DNA of 64,000 bases from an uncultured Dehalococcoidia bacterium (GCA_964492335.1 CAZBJX010000003.1:26919-90918), one strand, 5' to 3'. Shown: positions 45,042-54,316, numbered from the stretch's first letter. A program made the numbers and translations. Notes: generated by a model not told the origin, from the letters alone.

Positions 45042-46022
45042 TCACGGGCGGGCGTATCCCCGGGGGTGCTCCCTGGTCCAGGCCCAGGCGCTGGCCATGA
45101 TGTCCTCCAGGCCGGGGCGCCGGGGCGACCATCCCAGCTGCGCCCTGGCCCGCGCGGAGCTGGCCACCAGGACTGCCGGGTCGCCGGCCCGCCTGCCGGC
45201 CGGTGTGACCGCTATGCGGGCCCCGGTGATCTTCCTGGCCGCCTCTATGACCTCCAGCACGGAGTAGCCCTCGCCGTTGCCCAGGTTGAAGGCCCCGGCC
45301 CCTATGGCGTCGATCTTCTCCAGGGCCAGTATGTGCGCCGCGGCGATGTCGGCCACGTGGACGTAGTCCCGGACGCAGCTCCCGTCCGGGGTGGGGTAGT
45401 CGGTGCCGAACACCGAGACCGGCCGGCCGCTCATGGCCGCCTTGAAGATGTTGGGGACCAGGTGCGTCTCGGGCACGTGGTCCTCGCCCAGGCGGTCGGT
45501 GGCCCCGGCGGCGTTGAAATAGCGGAAGGACACGTGCTTGAGGCCGTAGGCCGTGCCGTACCAGCCCAGGACCTGCTCGAACTGGAGCTTGGAGAGGCCG
45601 TAGGCGTTGATGGGCTCCCGGGGGTGGTCCTCTTCCATGGGGGCGCTGCGGGGCTCGCCGTAGACCGCCGCTGTGGAGGAGAAGACCATGCGGCGCACGT
45701 TGTGCCGCCGCATGACGTTCAGGAGGTTCAGGCCGCCGACGATGTTGGTGGCGAAGTACCGCGCGGGGTCCGTGGTGGAGTACTCCACCACCGTCTCGCC
45801 GGCCATGTGCATCACGGCGTCGGGGGGCATTTCCGCGAAGGCGGCATCGAGGGCGGCGGCGTCGCAGATGTCCGCCTGGAGGAAGCGGGCGGCGCCGGGG
45901 ACCGCTTCGCGGTGCCCCTGCTGCAGGTTGTCGACTACCAGGACCCGGTGCCCCGCGGAGAGCAGGCCTTCGGTGACCACGCTGCCGACATAACCGGCGC
46001 CCCCGGTGACCAGGACATTCAC
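45042..46022 (-). CDS. galE: UDP-glucose 4-epimerase
   Basis: MNVLVTGGAGYVGS; SSTAAVYG; catalytic YGLSK. Confidence 0.85.
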   Translation of the reverse strand: MNVLVTGGAGYVGSVVTEGLLSAGHRVLVVDNLQQGHREAVPGAARFLQADICDAAALDAAFAEMPPDAVMHMAGETVVEYSTTDPARYFATNIVGGLNLLNVMRRHNVRRMVFSSTAAVYGEPRSAPMEEDHPREPINAYGLSKLQFEQVLGWYGTAYGLKHVSFRYFNAAGATDRLGEDHVPETHLVPNIFKAAMSGRPVSVFGTDYPTPDGSCVRDYVHVADIAAAHILALEKIDAIGAGAFNLGNGEGYSVLEVIEAARKITGARIAVTPAGRRAGDPAVLVASSARARAQLGWSPRRPGLEDIMASAWAWTREHPRGYARP

Positions 46023-46627
46023 GGCTCTCTGCCCCCCTGCCCGGCCCGCCGCCCGGGGCCGAAGAGCGAGGTCTCCACCAGGGAGCAGATGATGTGCCCG
46101 GCCAGCATATGGGCTTCCTGAATGCGGGGCGTGTCCGTCGACGGGATGGAGAGGACGTGATGGGCCAGGTCCCGGAGGGTGCCCCCGGCGCCGGTGAAGG
46201 CCACGGTGACTGCCCCCAGTTGCCGCGCCGCGTCGATGCCGCGGACCACGTTGGAGGACTCCCCGCTGGTGCTCAGGCCGACCACCACGTCGCCCCTGGC
46301 CGCCAGGCCCCGCACCTGCCGGGCGAACACCTCTTCGTAGCCGAAGTCGTTGGCGATGGCGGTCAGGGACGCCGTGCTGGCCGTCAGGGAGATGGCCGGC
46401 AGGGGCTCCCGGAACAGGGTGAACTTGCCGGCGAGCTCGCCGGCCAGGTGGTCGGCGTCGGCGGCGCTGCCGCCGTTGCCGAAGAGGAGCACCTGGTTGC
46501 CCCGCCTCAGGGCGCGCACCATGGCGTCGGCGATATCCACAATGATGCCGGCCTGCTCCTCCAGGGCGGCGCAGAGCGCGACGCTCTCCCGCACCTGGCT
46601 GGCGACGACCTTCTTCTTGCCCCTCAT
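46019..46627 (-). CDS. gmhA: sedoheptulose-7-phosphate isomerase (SIS domain)
   Basis: 202 aa; LFGNGGSAADADHLAGEL, GLSTSGES. Confidence 0.8.
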   Translation of the reverse strand: MRGKKKVVASQVRESVALCAALEEQAGIIVDIADAMVRALRRGNQVLLFGNGGSAADADHLAGELAGKFTLFREPLPAISLTASTASLTAIANDFGYEEVFARQVRGLAARGDVVVGLSTSGESSNVVRGIDAARQLGAVTVAFTGAGGTLRDLAHHVLSIPSTDTPRIQEAHMLAGHIICSLVETSLFGPGRRAGQGGREP

Positions 46628-46631
46628 GTGC

Positions 46632-47663
46632 CTAGTCCCCGCTCACTTCCCAGCTCTGCATGCCGCGCAGGTCGAAGGAGAAGCCCACGATCTTCCCCCC
46701 GGCCGCCTCCAGCCTCTCCGCCACGATGTGCCACTTGTCGAACTCGCACAGGAAGAGGAGGTAGCCCCCTCCGCCCGCTCCCAGGAGCTTGCCGCCGATG
46801 GCCCCGTTGTTCCTGGCCACCTCGTACAGCTCGTCGATGGCGGGGTCGCTGATCTTGGAGGAGAGCCTCTTCTTGCAGACCCAGGCCTGGTGCATGAGGG
46901 TGCCGAACTCGTGCAGGTGCCCCAGCAGGAGGGCGTTCTTCATGCTGTAGGCCAGGGCCTTCGTCTCCTGGAGGGCCTGGACCACCGTCTCCTTCTTGCG
47001 GACGTAGGAGTCCACCTGGTCGTCCAGGATGCCGGCGGAAAGCCTGGTCCCGCCGGTGTAGCACAGCATGAGCCGGTACTCCAGCTCGCTGATGGTATCC
47101 CAGTTGATGCGCAGCGGGTTGACGATGGTGGTCCTGCCCAGGAACTCGATGAAGTTGAAGCCCCCGAAGGTGGCCGCGTACTGGTCCTGCCTCCCCCCCT
47201 TGATCCTGGCCTCTTCGCGCTCGATGCGATAAGCCAGCTCGGCGATGTCGTAGGAGGTCAGCGGCATCTTCAGCATCTGCTTGAAGGCGCCCACAATGGC
47301 CACCACCAGGGCGCTGGAGGTGCCCAGACCGGAGCCCGGGGGGGCATCGGTGTGCAGGAAGAGGTCGTAGCCGCTGGTCAGGCCCATGCCCCGTATGGCC
47401 GCCTTCACCAGGTCCAGCTGCCCGTCGTACGCCAGGCCGGTGCTGACGTCGTAGCGGGTGACGATGTCGTAGTCCAGCGAGGTGACGCTGATGGAGCCGT
47501 CCTGGCGCGCCTTGAGGGTGCAGTAGGCGTACTTGCTGATGGTGGTGCTCAGGACCGCGCCGCCCTGCTCCTCGGGATAGGGGGGGACGTCGGTGCCGCC
47601 GCCGCCGAAGCTGATGCGCAGGGGCGCGCGGCTGCGTATGGTGGTGGCCTTCATCTCATGCAT
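46632..47663 (-). CDS. hddA: D-glycero-alpha-D-manno-heptose 7-phosphate kinase (GHMP kinase)
   Basis: 343 aa; APLRISFGGGGTD and PPGSGLGTSSALVVA motifs. Confidence 0.78.
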   Translation of the reverse strand: MHEMKATTIRSRAPLRISFGGGGTDVPPYPEEQGGAVLSTTISKYAYCTLKARQDGSISVTSLDYDIVTRYDVSTGLAYDGQLDLVKAAIRGMGLTSGYDLFLHTDAPPGSGLGTSSALVVAIVGAFKQMLKMPLTSYDIAELAYRIEREEARIKGGRQDQYAATFGGFNFIEFLGRTTIVNPLRINWDTISELEYRLMLCYTGGTRLSAGILDDQVDSYVRKKETVVQALQETKALAYSMKNALLLGHLHEFGTLMHQAWVCKKRLSSKISDPAIDELYEVARNNGAIGGKLLGAGGGGYLLFLCEFDKWHIVAERLEAAGGKIVGFSFDLRGMQSWEVSGD

Positions 47664-48216
47664 CTTTGAGCAGCCATTCTACCGCCTCGAAGAGGCCAAC
47701 GGCAACATGGTCCGCCTCGGCGCCGGGGCCGGAAGCGGGGTGGCCCTCCCGGTCGCGGGGCAGCTCCGCGGCGTCCGGCCTCAGCCAGACGGTGCGGCAC
47801 CCGGCGGCCCTGCCCGCCTGCACGTCCTTGATATCGTCCCCGATCATGTAGGAGCGGCCCAGGTCGATCCCCATGTCCCGGGCGGCCTGCAGCAGCAGGG
47901 CCGGTTTGGGCTTCCGGCAGGCGCACCCCTCGTCGGGGTGGTGGGGGCACAGGTAGATGGCATCGATACGGGCCTTCTCCCGGGCCAGCTCCGCCTCCAT
48001 CTTCGCGTGGATGCGCGACAGCGTCTCCAGGGTGAAGTAGCCCCGCGCCAGGCCCGACTGGTTGGTGATCACCACCACCTTGAAGCCGCGCTCGTTCAGC
48101 GCCCTGACGGCGGCGGGTACGCCGGGGAGGATTGCGAAGTCCCGGGGGTCGCGGCAGTAGTGGACGTCCGGAGCAATGGTGCCGTCCCGGTCCAGGAATG
48201 CGGCTCGGTGCGACAT
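47656..48216 (-). CDS. gmhB: D,D-heptose 1,7-bisphosphate phosphatase (HAD-IIIA)
   Basis: AAFLDRDGTI (DxD), VITNQSG, Zn-binding CxH...CxC (CPHHPDEGCACRKP), IGDDIKD. Confidence 0.8.
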   Translation of the reverse strand: MSHRAAFLDRDGTIAPDVHYCRDPRDFAILPGVPAAVRALNERGFKVVVITNQSGLARGYFTLETLSRIHAKMEAELAREKARIDAIYLCPHHPDEGCACRKPKPALLLQAARDMGIDLGRSYMIGDDIKDVQAGRAAGCRTVWLRPDAAELPRDREGHPASGPGAEADHVAVGLFEAVEWLLKDA

Positions 48217-48231
48217 GAGGACCTGCGGCGC

Positions 48232-48822
48232 CTACTCCCGCAGGCAGGAAGTGATGACGTGGCCCAGCATGAGGTGGACGTCCTCCACTTTGTCGATGTT
48301 GGCGTCCGGGACCATGATGCAGAAGTCGACCAGGTCCTTCAGGCGGCCCCCGTCCAGCCCGGTCAGGCCCACGGTGACGGCCCCGCAGGCCCGGGCCGCC
48401 ATGACGCCGTTGAGGACATTGGAGGACAGGCCGCTCCCGCTGATGCCGATGACCACGTCTCCGGGCTCGACCTGGTCCTGGACCTGCTGCGCGAAGATGC
48501 TGTCGTAGGCGGTGTCGTTGGCCCAGGCGGAGATGAGGGACATGTTGTCGGTCAGGGCCGTGGCCCGCAGCCGCGGTCTGCCGTTGCTGCCGGCGCCCTT
48601 GGCCAGGTCGCAGGCCAGGTGGGACGCAGTGGCGGCGCTGCCTCCGTTGCCGAAGAGAAAGACCCTTCTGCGGTGTGAGCGGGCCTCCCGCAGCAGGCGG
48701 ACGACCCGTTCGATCTGGTCCACGGGCAGGTTGCTCAGGGTGGCCCGCATGCCGGAGAAGTAGGCCGATATGGCCTGGCTGGTGGAGTCCAACGTCACCC
48801 GGGCCATCACTTCATACTTCAT
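48232..48822 (-). CDS. gmhA: second sedoheptulose-7-phosphate isomerase paralog (SIS domain)
   Basis: 196 aa; LFGNGGSAATASHLACDL, GISGSGLS. Confidence 0.75.
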   Translation of the reverse strand: MKYEVMARVTLDSTSQAISAYFSGMRATLSNLPVDQIERVVRLLREARSHRRRVFLFGNGGSAATASHLACDLAKGAGSNGRPRLRATALTDNMSLISAWANDTAYDSIFAQQVQDQVEPGDVVIGISGSGLSSNVLNGVMAARACGAVTVGLTGLDGGRLKDLVDFCIMVPDANIDKVEDVHLMLGHVITSCLRE

Positions 48823-48993
48823 GCCGGTCTCCTGCAGCCTCCCATGGCGGCGTCTCCCGCCCGAATGTGCACCCTGGCGGGGTGGAACGCGTATTGATAT
48901 TATGGTACCACACTAACTATAGGTGACGACGGCGGCCCGCGGAAAGTTCCGCCCGGAGGGCGGCCGCAGTGCATCGCGAGGAGGCCCGGGGCT

Positions 48994-49680
48994 ATGGACG
49001 GCAAGAGCTCTCTCTGTATATCGGATGGCGTCTACATCGTCGGCGGGGCGGACCTGTCCCACCCCCATGATTGCGCGGTGTACCTGGTGGACGGCGGCGG
49101 GCCCCTGGCCCTCATCGACGCCGGCGCCGGCGAGGGATACGAGCTTATCCTGGACAATATCAGGAGCCTGGGGCTTCTGCCCGGGAGGCTGGAGGCGGTC
49201 ATCGCCACCCACGGCCACATCGACCACATCGGCTCCCTCCATCAGCTGCGCCGGGACTTCGGCCTGCGGGTGATCGCCCACGAGCTGGACCGGCGGGCCA
49301 TCGAGACCGGTGCCGGCTGCGGCGCAGAGTACTACGGGTTGCGGTACACGCCCTGCCCGGTGGATGTCGTCCTCCGGGGGGAAGAGGAAGAGCTGGCCTG
49401 CGGCCGCCTGCGGCTGAAGGTGCTCCACATACCCGGTCACACGCCGGGGTCCATAGCCATCTACTTCGACGCGGGCAAGAAGCGGGTCCTCTTCGGCCAG
49501 GATGTCCACGGCCCCTATTTCCTGCCGGGCTCGGACACGGCCCAGGCCCGCCGCTCCCTGCGCCGGCTGGCGGACCTGGAGGCCGATGTCCTCTGCGAGG
49601 GCCATTTCGGGGTCTACGAGCCGAAGGCGGAGGTGAAGAGGTACATCGAGGGGTACCTGCGCATCCTCTGCGCCGACTGA
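48994..49680 (+). CDS. MBL-fold metallo-hydrolase
   Basis: 228 aa; HxHxDH motif ATHGHIDHIG, downstream His/Asp ligands (HIPGHTPGS, CEGH). Confidence 0.8.
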   Translation: MDGKSSLCISDGVYIVGGADLSHPHDCAVYLVDGGGPLALIDAGAGEGYELILDNIRSLGLLPGRLEAVIATHGHIDHIGSLHQLRRDFGLRVIAHELDRRAIETGAGCGAEYYGLRYTPCPVDVVLRGEEEELACGRLRLKVLHIPGHTPGSIAIYFDAGKKRVLFGQDVHGPYFLPGSDTAQARRSLRRLADLEADVLCEGHFGVYEPKAEVKRYIEGYLRILCAD

Positions 49681-49711
49681 CGCGGAGGGCCGGGGCCGCA
49701 GGCCCGCCCCT

Positions 49712-50542
49712 TCAGCCCATGGCCCGGGTCATGATCAGCGCGGCTGCCACCATAGGGAGGACGACCAGGGCCGCGAAGGCCAGGGCGCCCACCGCCGCGG
49801 CCCTGGCGGGGGACAGAGAGTAGTTGTGCCGGATGGCGGTCACCCCCAGGAAGAAGACCCACAGGCAGAAGAGCGGGAAGGCCACCTGGTAGGCGGCGTT
49901 GGCCCGGTTGGAGGCCAGCAGGGCCCGGAGCATGATCAGGGGGGCGGCGAAGAGCCCCGGGAGGTAGGCCAGGCACAGCCCGCAGAAGATGCCGCGGAGC
50001 CCTCCCCGGGGGGCCGGTGCGGGCCCGGGGCGGGGCGCCGCCGGCTCTCCCGGAGCGTTGACAGGGCCTTCCCGGGGGCCCGCCGGCTCTCCCGGAGCGT
50101 TGACGGGGTCTTCCCGGGGGCCGGCGCACGGCTCGCGGAAGGGGCCGCCGGGCCCGTCCCGGGGCCCCTCCTGAAGGGCGCTCCTGTCCCTGAGGGCGGC
50201 GGCCGCCAGGTGCACGAAGGCCGCCTGCAGGGACAGCACGGCCATGAACAGGGCCACCCAGAGGGGCAGGATGGACCAGAGGGTGAGGGTCCCCTTCGGC
50301 AGGTCCAGGATGTCCTCGAAGAGCTCAGGGGGGCTGGGCACCAGGACCAGACCGGTGACGACGGCCACCGACAGGGCCGTCAGCAGGGACAGGGCCACGG
50401 GCCGGCGGCGGCTGGCCTGGGCCAGGGTGGGTGACGGGGACAGCAGCACTCCGGCCAGGGTGTCCAGGGCCTCCAGGGCTGCCCGGCCCCATCTCGCGGG
50501 ACGGGAGAGGTCGCCGGCCTCGGTGGTGCGCATCAGCGCCAT
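49712..50542 (-). CDS. membrane protein with internal Pro-rich tandem repeat
   Basis: Start MALMRTTEAGD; 4-5 TM segments; cytoplasmic loop GPREDPVNAPGEPAGPREGPVNAPGEPAAP from a 48-bp DNA tandem duplication (~50025-50120). Confidence 0.5.
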   Translation of the reverse strand: MALMRTTEAGDLSRPARWGRAALEALDTLAGVLLSPSPTLAQASRRRPVALSLLTALSVAVVTGLVLVPSPPELFEDILDLPKGTLTLWSILPLWVALFMAVLSLQAAFVHLAAAALRDRSALQEGPRDGPGGPFREPCAGPREDPVNAPGEPAGPREGPVNAPGEPAAPRPGPAPAPRGGLRGIFCGLCLAYLPGLFAAPLIMLRALLASNRANAAYQVAFPLFCLWVFFLGVTAIRHNYSLSPARAAAVGALAFAALVVLPMVAAALIMTRAMG

Positions 50543-50603
50543 TCTACCCCATCGCCGCCGAAGACAGGAGGCGGCGCATGCGCACAAGCGAGTGCAGCCT
50601 TGG

Positions 50604-50633
50604 TTGACTTGGGAATGAGCTTTACCTTATACT
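50604..50633 (+). promoter_or_regulatory. sigma70 promoter of the tRNA-tuf operon (TTGACT-18-TATACT)
   Basis: TTGACT 50604-50609, TATACT 50628-50633, ~12 nt upstream of the first tRNA. Confidence 0.6.
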
Positions 50634-50645
50634 ATTTGGCCAGTT

Positions 50646-50718
50646 GCCCGAGTGGCGCAACGGTAGCGCAACCGATTTGTAATCGGTAGGGTAGCGGGTT
50701 CGAATCCCCTCTCGGGCT
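50646..50718 (+). tRNA. tRNA-Thr (anticodon TGT)
   Basis: Acceptor GCCCGAG/CTCGGGC, D-arm GCGC-AACGGTA-GCGC, anticodon loop TTTGTAA, T-loop TTCGAAT (one C-C mismatch in T-stem). Confidence 0.7.
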
Positions 50719-50720
50719 AC

Positions 50721-50803
50721 GGAGGGGTGGGTGAGCGGCTAATACCAACAGACTGTAAATCTGTCGCCTAACGGCTTCGCAGGTTCGAATCCTGCCCCCT
50801 CCA
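50721..50803 (+). tRNA. tRNA-Tyr (anticodon GTA)
   Basis: GGAGGGG acceptor, anticodon loop CTGTAAA, long variable arm, T-arm GCAGG-TTCGAAT-CCTGC. Confidence 0.85.
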
Positions 50804-50830
50804 GTTCGGGTATGTTAAAATTGGGAGAGT

Positions 50831-50903
50831 GCCCACATAGCTCAGTAGGTAGAGCACGCCCTTGGTAAGGGCGAGGTCACCCGTTCGAGCCGGGTTGTGG
50901 GCT
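50831..50903 (+). tRNA. tRNA-Thr (anticodon GGT)
   Basis: GCCCACA acceptor, D-loop AGCTCAGTAGGTAGAGC, anticodon loop TTGGTAA, T-loop GTTCGAG. Confidence 0.85.
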
Positions 50904-50927
50904 CTGAGATAAGAGGAGGCGTATATA

Positions 50928-52127
50928 ATGGCGAAGAAGAAGTACGAGCGTACCAAGCCCCATGTCAATATCGGCACCATCGGTCACGTGGACCACGGCA
51001 AGACGACCCTGACCTCGGCCATCACCAGGGTCCTGGCCACGCAGGGCAAGGCTCAGTTCCGTACTTATGACGCCATTGACAACGCCCCCGAAGAGAAGGC
51101 CCGGGGCCTGACCATTCAGATCTCCCACATCGAGTATGAGACGGAGAAGCGCCACTACGCTCACGTGGACTGCCCCGGCCATGCCGACTACATCAAGAAC
51201 ATGATCACCGGCGCCGCGCAGATGGACGGGGCCATCCTGGTGGTCAGCGCCTTCGACGGCCCCATGCCCCAGACCCGGGAGCACATCCTGCTGGCGCGCC
51301 AGGTGCAGGTGCCCTATATCCTGGTGGCCCTGAACAAGGTCGACATGATGGAGGACGAGGAGCTTCTCGACCTGGTGGAGCTCGAAGTCCGGGACCTGCT
51401 GACCAAGTACCAGTTCCCCGGGGACGAGACCCCCATTGTCAGGGTGAGCGGGCTCAAGGCCGGCGAGTGCGGCTGCGGCAAGAGGGATTGCCAGTGGTGC
51501 GGCCCCATCTGGAGCCTGATGGATGCGGTGGACTCCTACATCCCCGAGCCCAAGAGGGACAAGGACCGCCCGTTCCTGATGGCGGTGGAGGACGTGTTCA
51601 GCATCAAGGGGCGGGGCACCGTTCCCACCGGCCGTGTTGAGCGCGGCACCATCAAGCCGGGGGACGAGATCGAGATAGTGGGCCTGGGCCCCACCAAGAA
51701 GATCGTGGCCACCAGCCTGGAGATGTTCCACAAGACCCTGGACTACGCGGAGCCCGGGGATGCCGTGGGGGTGCTCCTGCGGGGCGCGGAGCGCGACGAT
51801 ATCCAGCGGGGCCAGGTGCTGGCGGCGCCCGGCTCCATCACCCCGCACACCGCTGCGGAGACCGAGGTCTACATACTGAGCAAGGAAGAGGGCGGGCGGC
51901 ACACCCCTTTCTTCAACGGGTACAAGCCGCAGTTCTACATTCGGACGACGGACGTGACCGGCTCCATCGAGCTTCCCCCGGGTGTCGAAATGGCCATGCC
52001 GGGCGACAATGTGAAGATGAAGATCAGGCTGATCACCCCCGTGGCCATGGACGAAGGCCTGAGGTTCGCCATCAGGGAAGGCGGGCGGACCGTTGGCTCC
52101 GGGGTGATCACCAAGATCATCGAGTAG
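50928..52127 (+). CDS. tuf: elongation factor Tu
   Basis: [33 protein letters not shown]; DCPGHADY; NKVD; AGGAGG RBS 9 nt upstream. Confidence 0.97.
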   Translation: MAKKKYERTKPHVNIGTIGHVDHGKTTLTSAITRVLATQGKAQFRTYDAIDNAPEEKARGLTIQISHIEYETEKRHYAHVDCPGHADYIKNMITGAAQMDGAILVVSAFDGPMPQTREHILLARQVQVPYILVALNKVDMMEDEELLDLVELEVRDLLTKYQFPGDETPIVRVSGLKAGECGCGKRDCQWCGPIWSLMDAVDSYIPEPKRDKDRPFLMAVEDVFSIKGRGTVPTGRVERGTIKPGDEIEIVGLGPTKKIVATSLEMFHKTLDYAEPGDAVGVLLRGAERDDIQRGQVLAAPGSITPHTAAETEVYILSKEEGGRHTPFFNGYKPQFYIRTTDVTGSIELPPGVEMAMPGDNVKMKIRLITPVAMDEGLRFAIREGGRTVGSGVITKIIE

Positions 52128-52136
52128 GGATGGTAA

Positions 52137-52304
52137 GTGGCCAAGAAAGCAGATGTCAGGGGCGTAATCTATCTGGCCTGCACACAGTGCAAGGAAAGGA
52201 CATACACTACCAGTAAGAACCGGAAGAACGACACTCAACGCCTGGAGTTGAAGAAGTTTTGTCCCCGGTGCAGGGCCCAGACCCTGCACAAGGAGACAAA
52301 ATAG
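52137..52304 (+). CDS. rpmG: 50S ribosomal protein L33
   Basis: GTG start; [55 protein letters not shown] (55 aa) is the L33 C4 zinc ribbon. Not in ORF track (too short, alternative start). Confidence 0.85.
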   Translation: MAKKADVRGVIYLACTQCKERTYTTSKNRKNDTQRLELKKFCPRCRAQTLHKETK

Positions 52305-52522
52305 TGTCCTCCAAGAAGGTCAGCGCCATCAAGGGCCGGCTCCCCAGGTTCAGGTTCATCGGTGACATCATCGGGGAACTGAAGAAGGTGACCTGGCCCT
52401 CGCGGGATGAGGCTCTGAGGCTGACGGTGATGGTGCTGATCGTGTGCGCTGTAGTGGGTGTGATACTGGCAGTCCTGGATTATGGCTTCGGCCGGCTGGT
52501 CCAGGATGTCTTTTTGCGGTGA
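52304..52522 (+). CDS. secE: preprotein translocase subunit SecE
   Basis: GTG start overlapping the rpmG stop (TAGTG). LKKVTWPSRDEALRLTVMVLIVCAVVGVILAVLDYGFGRLV is the single-TM SecE core. The ORF-track Met at 52259 would overlap rpmG out of frame. Confidence 0.75.
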   Translation: MSSKKVSAIKGRLPRFRFIGDIIGELKKVTWPSRDEALRLTVMVLIVCAVVGVILAVLDYGFGRLVQDVFLR

Positions 52523-52528
52523 TGGGAC

Positions 52529-53077
52529 ATGGAAGATAAGGACAGGCGATGGTACATGGTGCACACCTACACCGGTCATGAGAACCAGGTGGAGGTGAAC
52601 CTGAGGCAGCGCATCAAGTCCATGGGGGCGGAGGGCGAGATCCTCGATGTCCTCATCCCCAACATCGAGGTCATCGAGATCAAGGACGGCCAGCGGCGGA
52701 CCATGTCCCGCAGGCTCTTCCCCGGGTACGTCCTGGTCCAGATGCACATGAGCGACAGGAACTGGTCTGTCGTGAGGAACACCCCGGGGGTGACCAGCTT
52801 CGTCAGCACCCAGGACGAGCAGGGGAAGCTCATCCCGGCCGCCCTGGAGCAGGAGGAAGTGGATGCCATCATGGACCGGATCAAGGCCGGGGCGCCCCAG
52901 GTCAAGGTGGGCCTGTCGAAGGGCGAGAGCGTTCGCATCGTTGACGGGCCGTTCCTCGATTTCGCCGGCGTGATTGATGAGATCAATCCCGAGAAGGGTA
53001 AGGTAAAGGTGCTGGTGTCGTTCTTCGGGCGGGAGACATCCGTCGAGCTTGATTTTCTGCAGATAGAGAAACTATAG
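52529..53077 (+). CDS. nusG: transcription termination/antitermination factor NusG
   Basis: [14 protein letters not shown] (NGN domain), C-terminal [24 protein letters not shown]. Confidence 0.9.
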   Translation: MEDKDRRWYMVHTYTGHENQVEVNLRQRIKSMGAEGEILDVLIPNIEVIEIKDGQRRTMSRRLFPGYVLVQMHMSDRNWSVVRNTPGVTSFVSTQDEQGKLIPAALEQEEVDAIMDRIKAGAPQVKVGLSKGESVRIVDGPFLDFAGVIDEINPEKGKVKVLVSFFGRETSVELDFLQIEKL

Positions 53078-53079
53078 AG

Positions 53080-53502
53080 ATGGCAAAGAAGGTAAAGGCA
53101 ATCGTCAGGATCGCGCTGCAGGCGGGCAAGGCCACGCCTGCGCCCCCTATCGGCCCCGCGCTGGGGCAGCACGGGGTCAACATCATGGCCTTCTGCAAGG
53201 AGTACAACGACCGCACGGGCACCCAGGAGGGGAGCATCATTCCGGTGGAGATCACCGTGTACGAAGACCGCTCCTTCACGTTCATCCTCAAGACCCCTCC
53301 GGCGGCGGACCTGCTGAGGAAGGCCCTGGGGGTGGAGACCGGGAGCGGAGAGCCGAAGACCAAGGTCGTGGGGAAGCTGTCCCGTGACAAGCTGCGTGAG
53401 ATCGCCAGGGCCAAGATGAAGGACCTGAACGCCGTCGACCTGGAGGCCGCCACCAGGATGGTCGAGGGCACGGCCCGCAGCATGGGAATTGAGGTTGAGT
53501 GA
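53080..53502 (+). CDS. rplK: 50S ribosomal protein L11
   Basis: [43 protein letters not shown]. Confidence 0.95.
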   Translation: MAKKVKAIVRIALQAGKATPAPPIGPALGQHGVNIMAFCKEYNDRTGTQEGSIIPVEITVYEDRSFTFILKTPPAADLLRKALGVETGSGEPKTKVVGKLSRDKLREIARAKMKDLNAVDLEAATRMVEGTARSMGIEVE

Positions 53503-53505
53503 TCT

Positions 53506-54213
53506 ATGCGCAGTCGTGGTAAGAAGTATCAGGAAGCCGCCAAGCTGGTAGACCCCGGGAAGAACTACAACCTGGCCGAGGCGGTCGATCTGGCCAGGAA
53601 GACCTCGTATGTCAAGTTCGACCAGACGGTGGAGCTGCACTTCCGCATGAACCTGGACCAGCGGGCCGCGGACCAGCAGATCCGGGGCATCGCGCTGTTG
53701 CCCCACGGCCTGGGCAAGAAGATCCGGGTGCTGGTCTTCGCCCAGGGCGAGGCGGCCAGGATCGCCGAGGAGGCGGGGGCGGACACCGTCGGGGCCGAGG
53801 ACCTGATCAAGAAGATCGAGGAGGGGTGGCTGGAGTTCGATGTGGCCGTGGCCACCCCGGAGATGATGGGGAAGATCGGCAAGCTGGGCAAGACCCTGGG
53901 GCGGAAGGGGCTGATGCCCAACCCCAAGCTGGGGACCGTGGTGGGCCAGGCTGACCTGCCGCGGGTGGTCCGGGATTCCCGCAAGGGGCGGTCCGAGTTC
54001 CGGCTGGACCGCACGGGCAGCGTCCATATGGCGGTGGGCAAGGCCAGCTTCGAGCCAGGGCAACTGGTGGATAACCTGGCGGCTGCCATCGATGCCGTGG
54101 TGAGGGCCAGGCCGAGCGGCGCCAAGGGGCAGTTCATCAAGAGCGCCACCGTCACCACCTCAATGGGCCCCGGGATTCCGCTGGACCTGAGGGCTGTCGG
54201 GGCGGCAACCTAG
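53506..54213 (+). CDS. rplA: 50S ribosomal protein L1
   Basis: [11 protein letters not shown]...YNLAEAV...[12 protein letters not shown]...IRVLVFA...GAD.VG.EDL..KI..GW..FD. Confidence 0.95.
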   Translation: MRSRGKKYQEAAKLVDPGKNYNLAEAVDLARKTSYVKFDQTVELHFRMNLDQRAADQQIRGIALLPHGLGKKIRVLVFAQGEAARIAEEAGADTVGAEDLIKKIEEGWLEFDVAVATPEMMGKIGKLGKTLGRKGLMPNPKLGTVVGQADLPRVVRDSRKGRSEFRLDRTGSVHMAVGKASFEPGQLVDNLAAAIDAVVRARPSGAKGQFIKSATVTTSMGPGIPLDLRAVGAAT

Positions 54214-54266
54214 GGGGCTGGACGCGCAGCCAGTCCCCACCGCCGGGTCCTGAGCCCCGCGTCCTG

Positions 54267-54298
54267 TTGCACGACCAGTCGCCGGATGCCTTATATTC
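54267..54298 (+). promoter_or_regulatory. putative promoter for the inserted HMGCS-like/thiolase operon
   Basis: TTGCAC (54267-72), 18-19 nt spacer, TTATAT/TATATT (54291-97); GGGAGG RBS at 54303-08. Confidence 0.4.
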
Positions 54299-54316
54299 GC
54301 TAGGGAGGACAGGATT

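Noticed and set aside
52259-52303. ORF-track Met start for secE at 52259
   Set aside because: This start would overlap the 3' third of rpmG out of frame. A GTG at 52304 overlapping the rpmG stop (TAGTG) gives a SecE of normal length and typical translational coupling.
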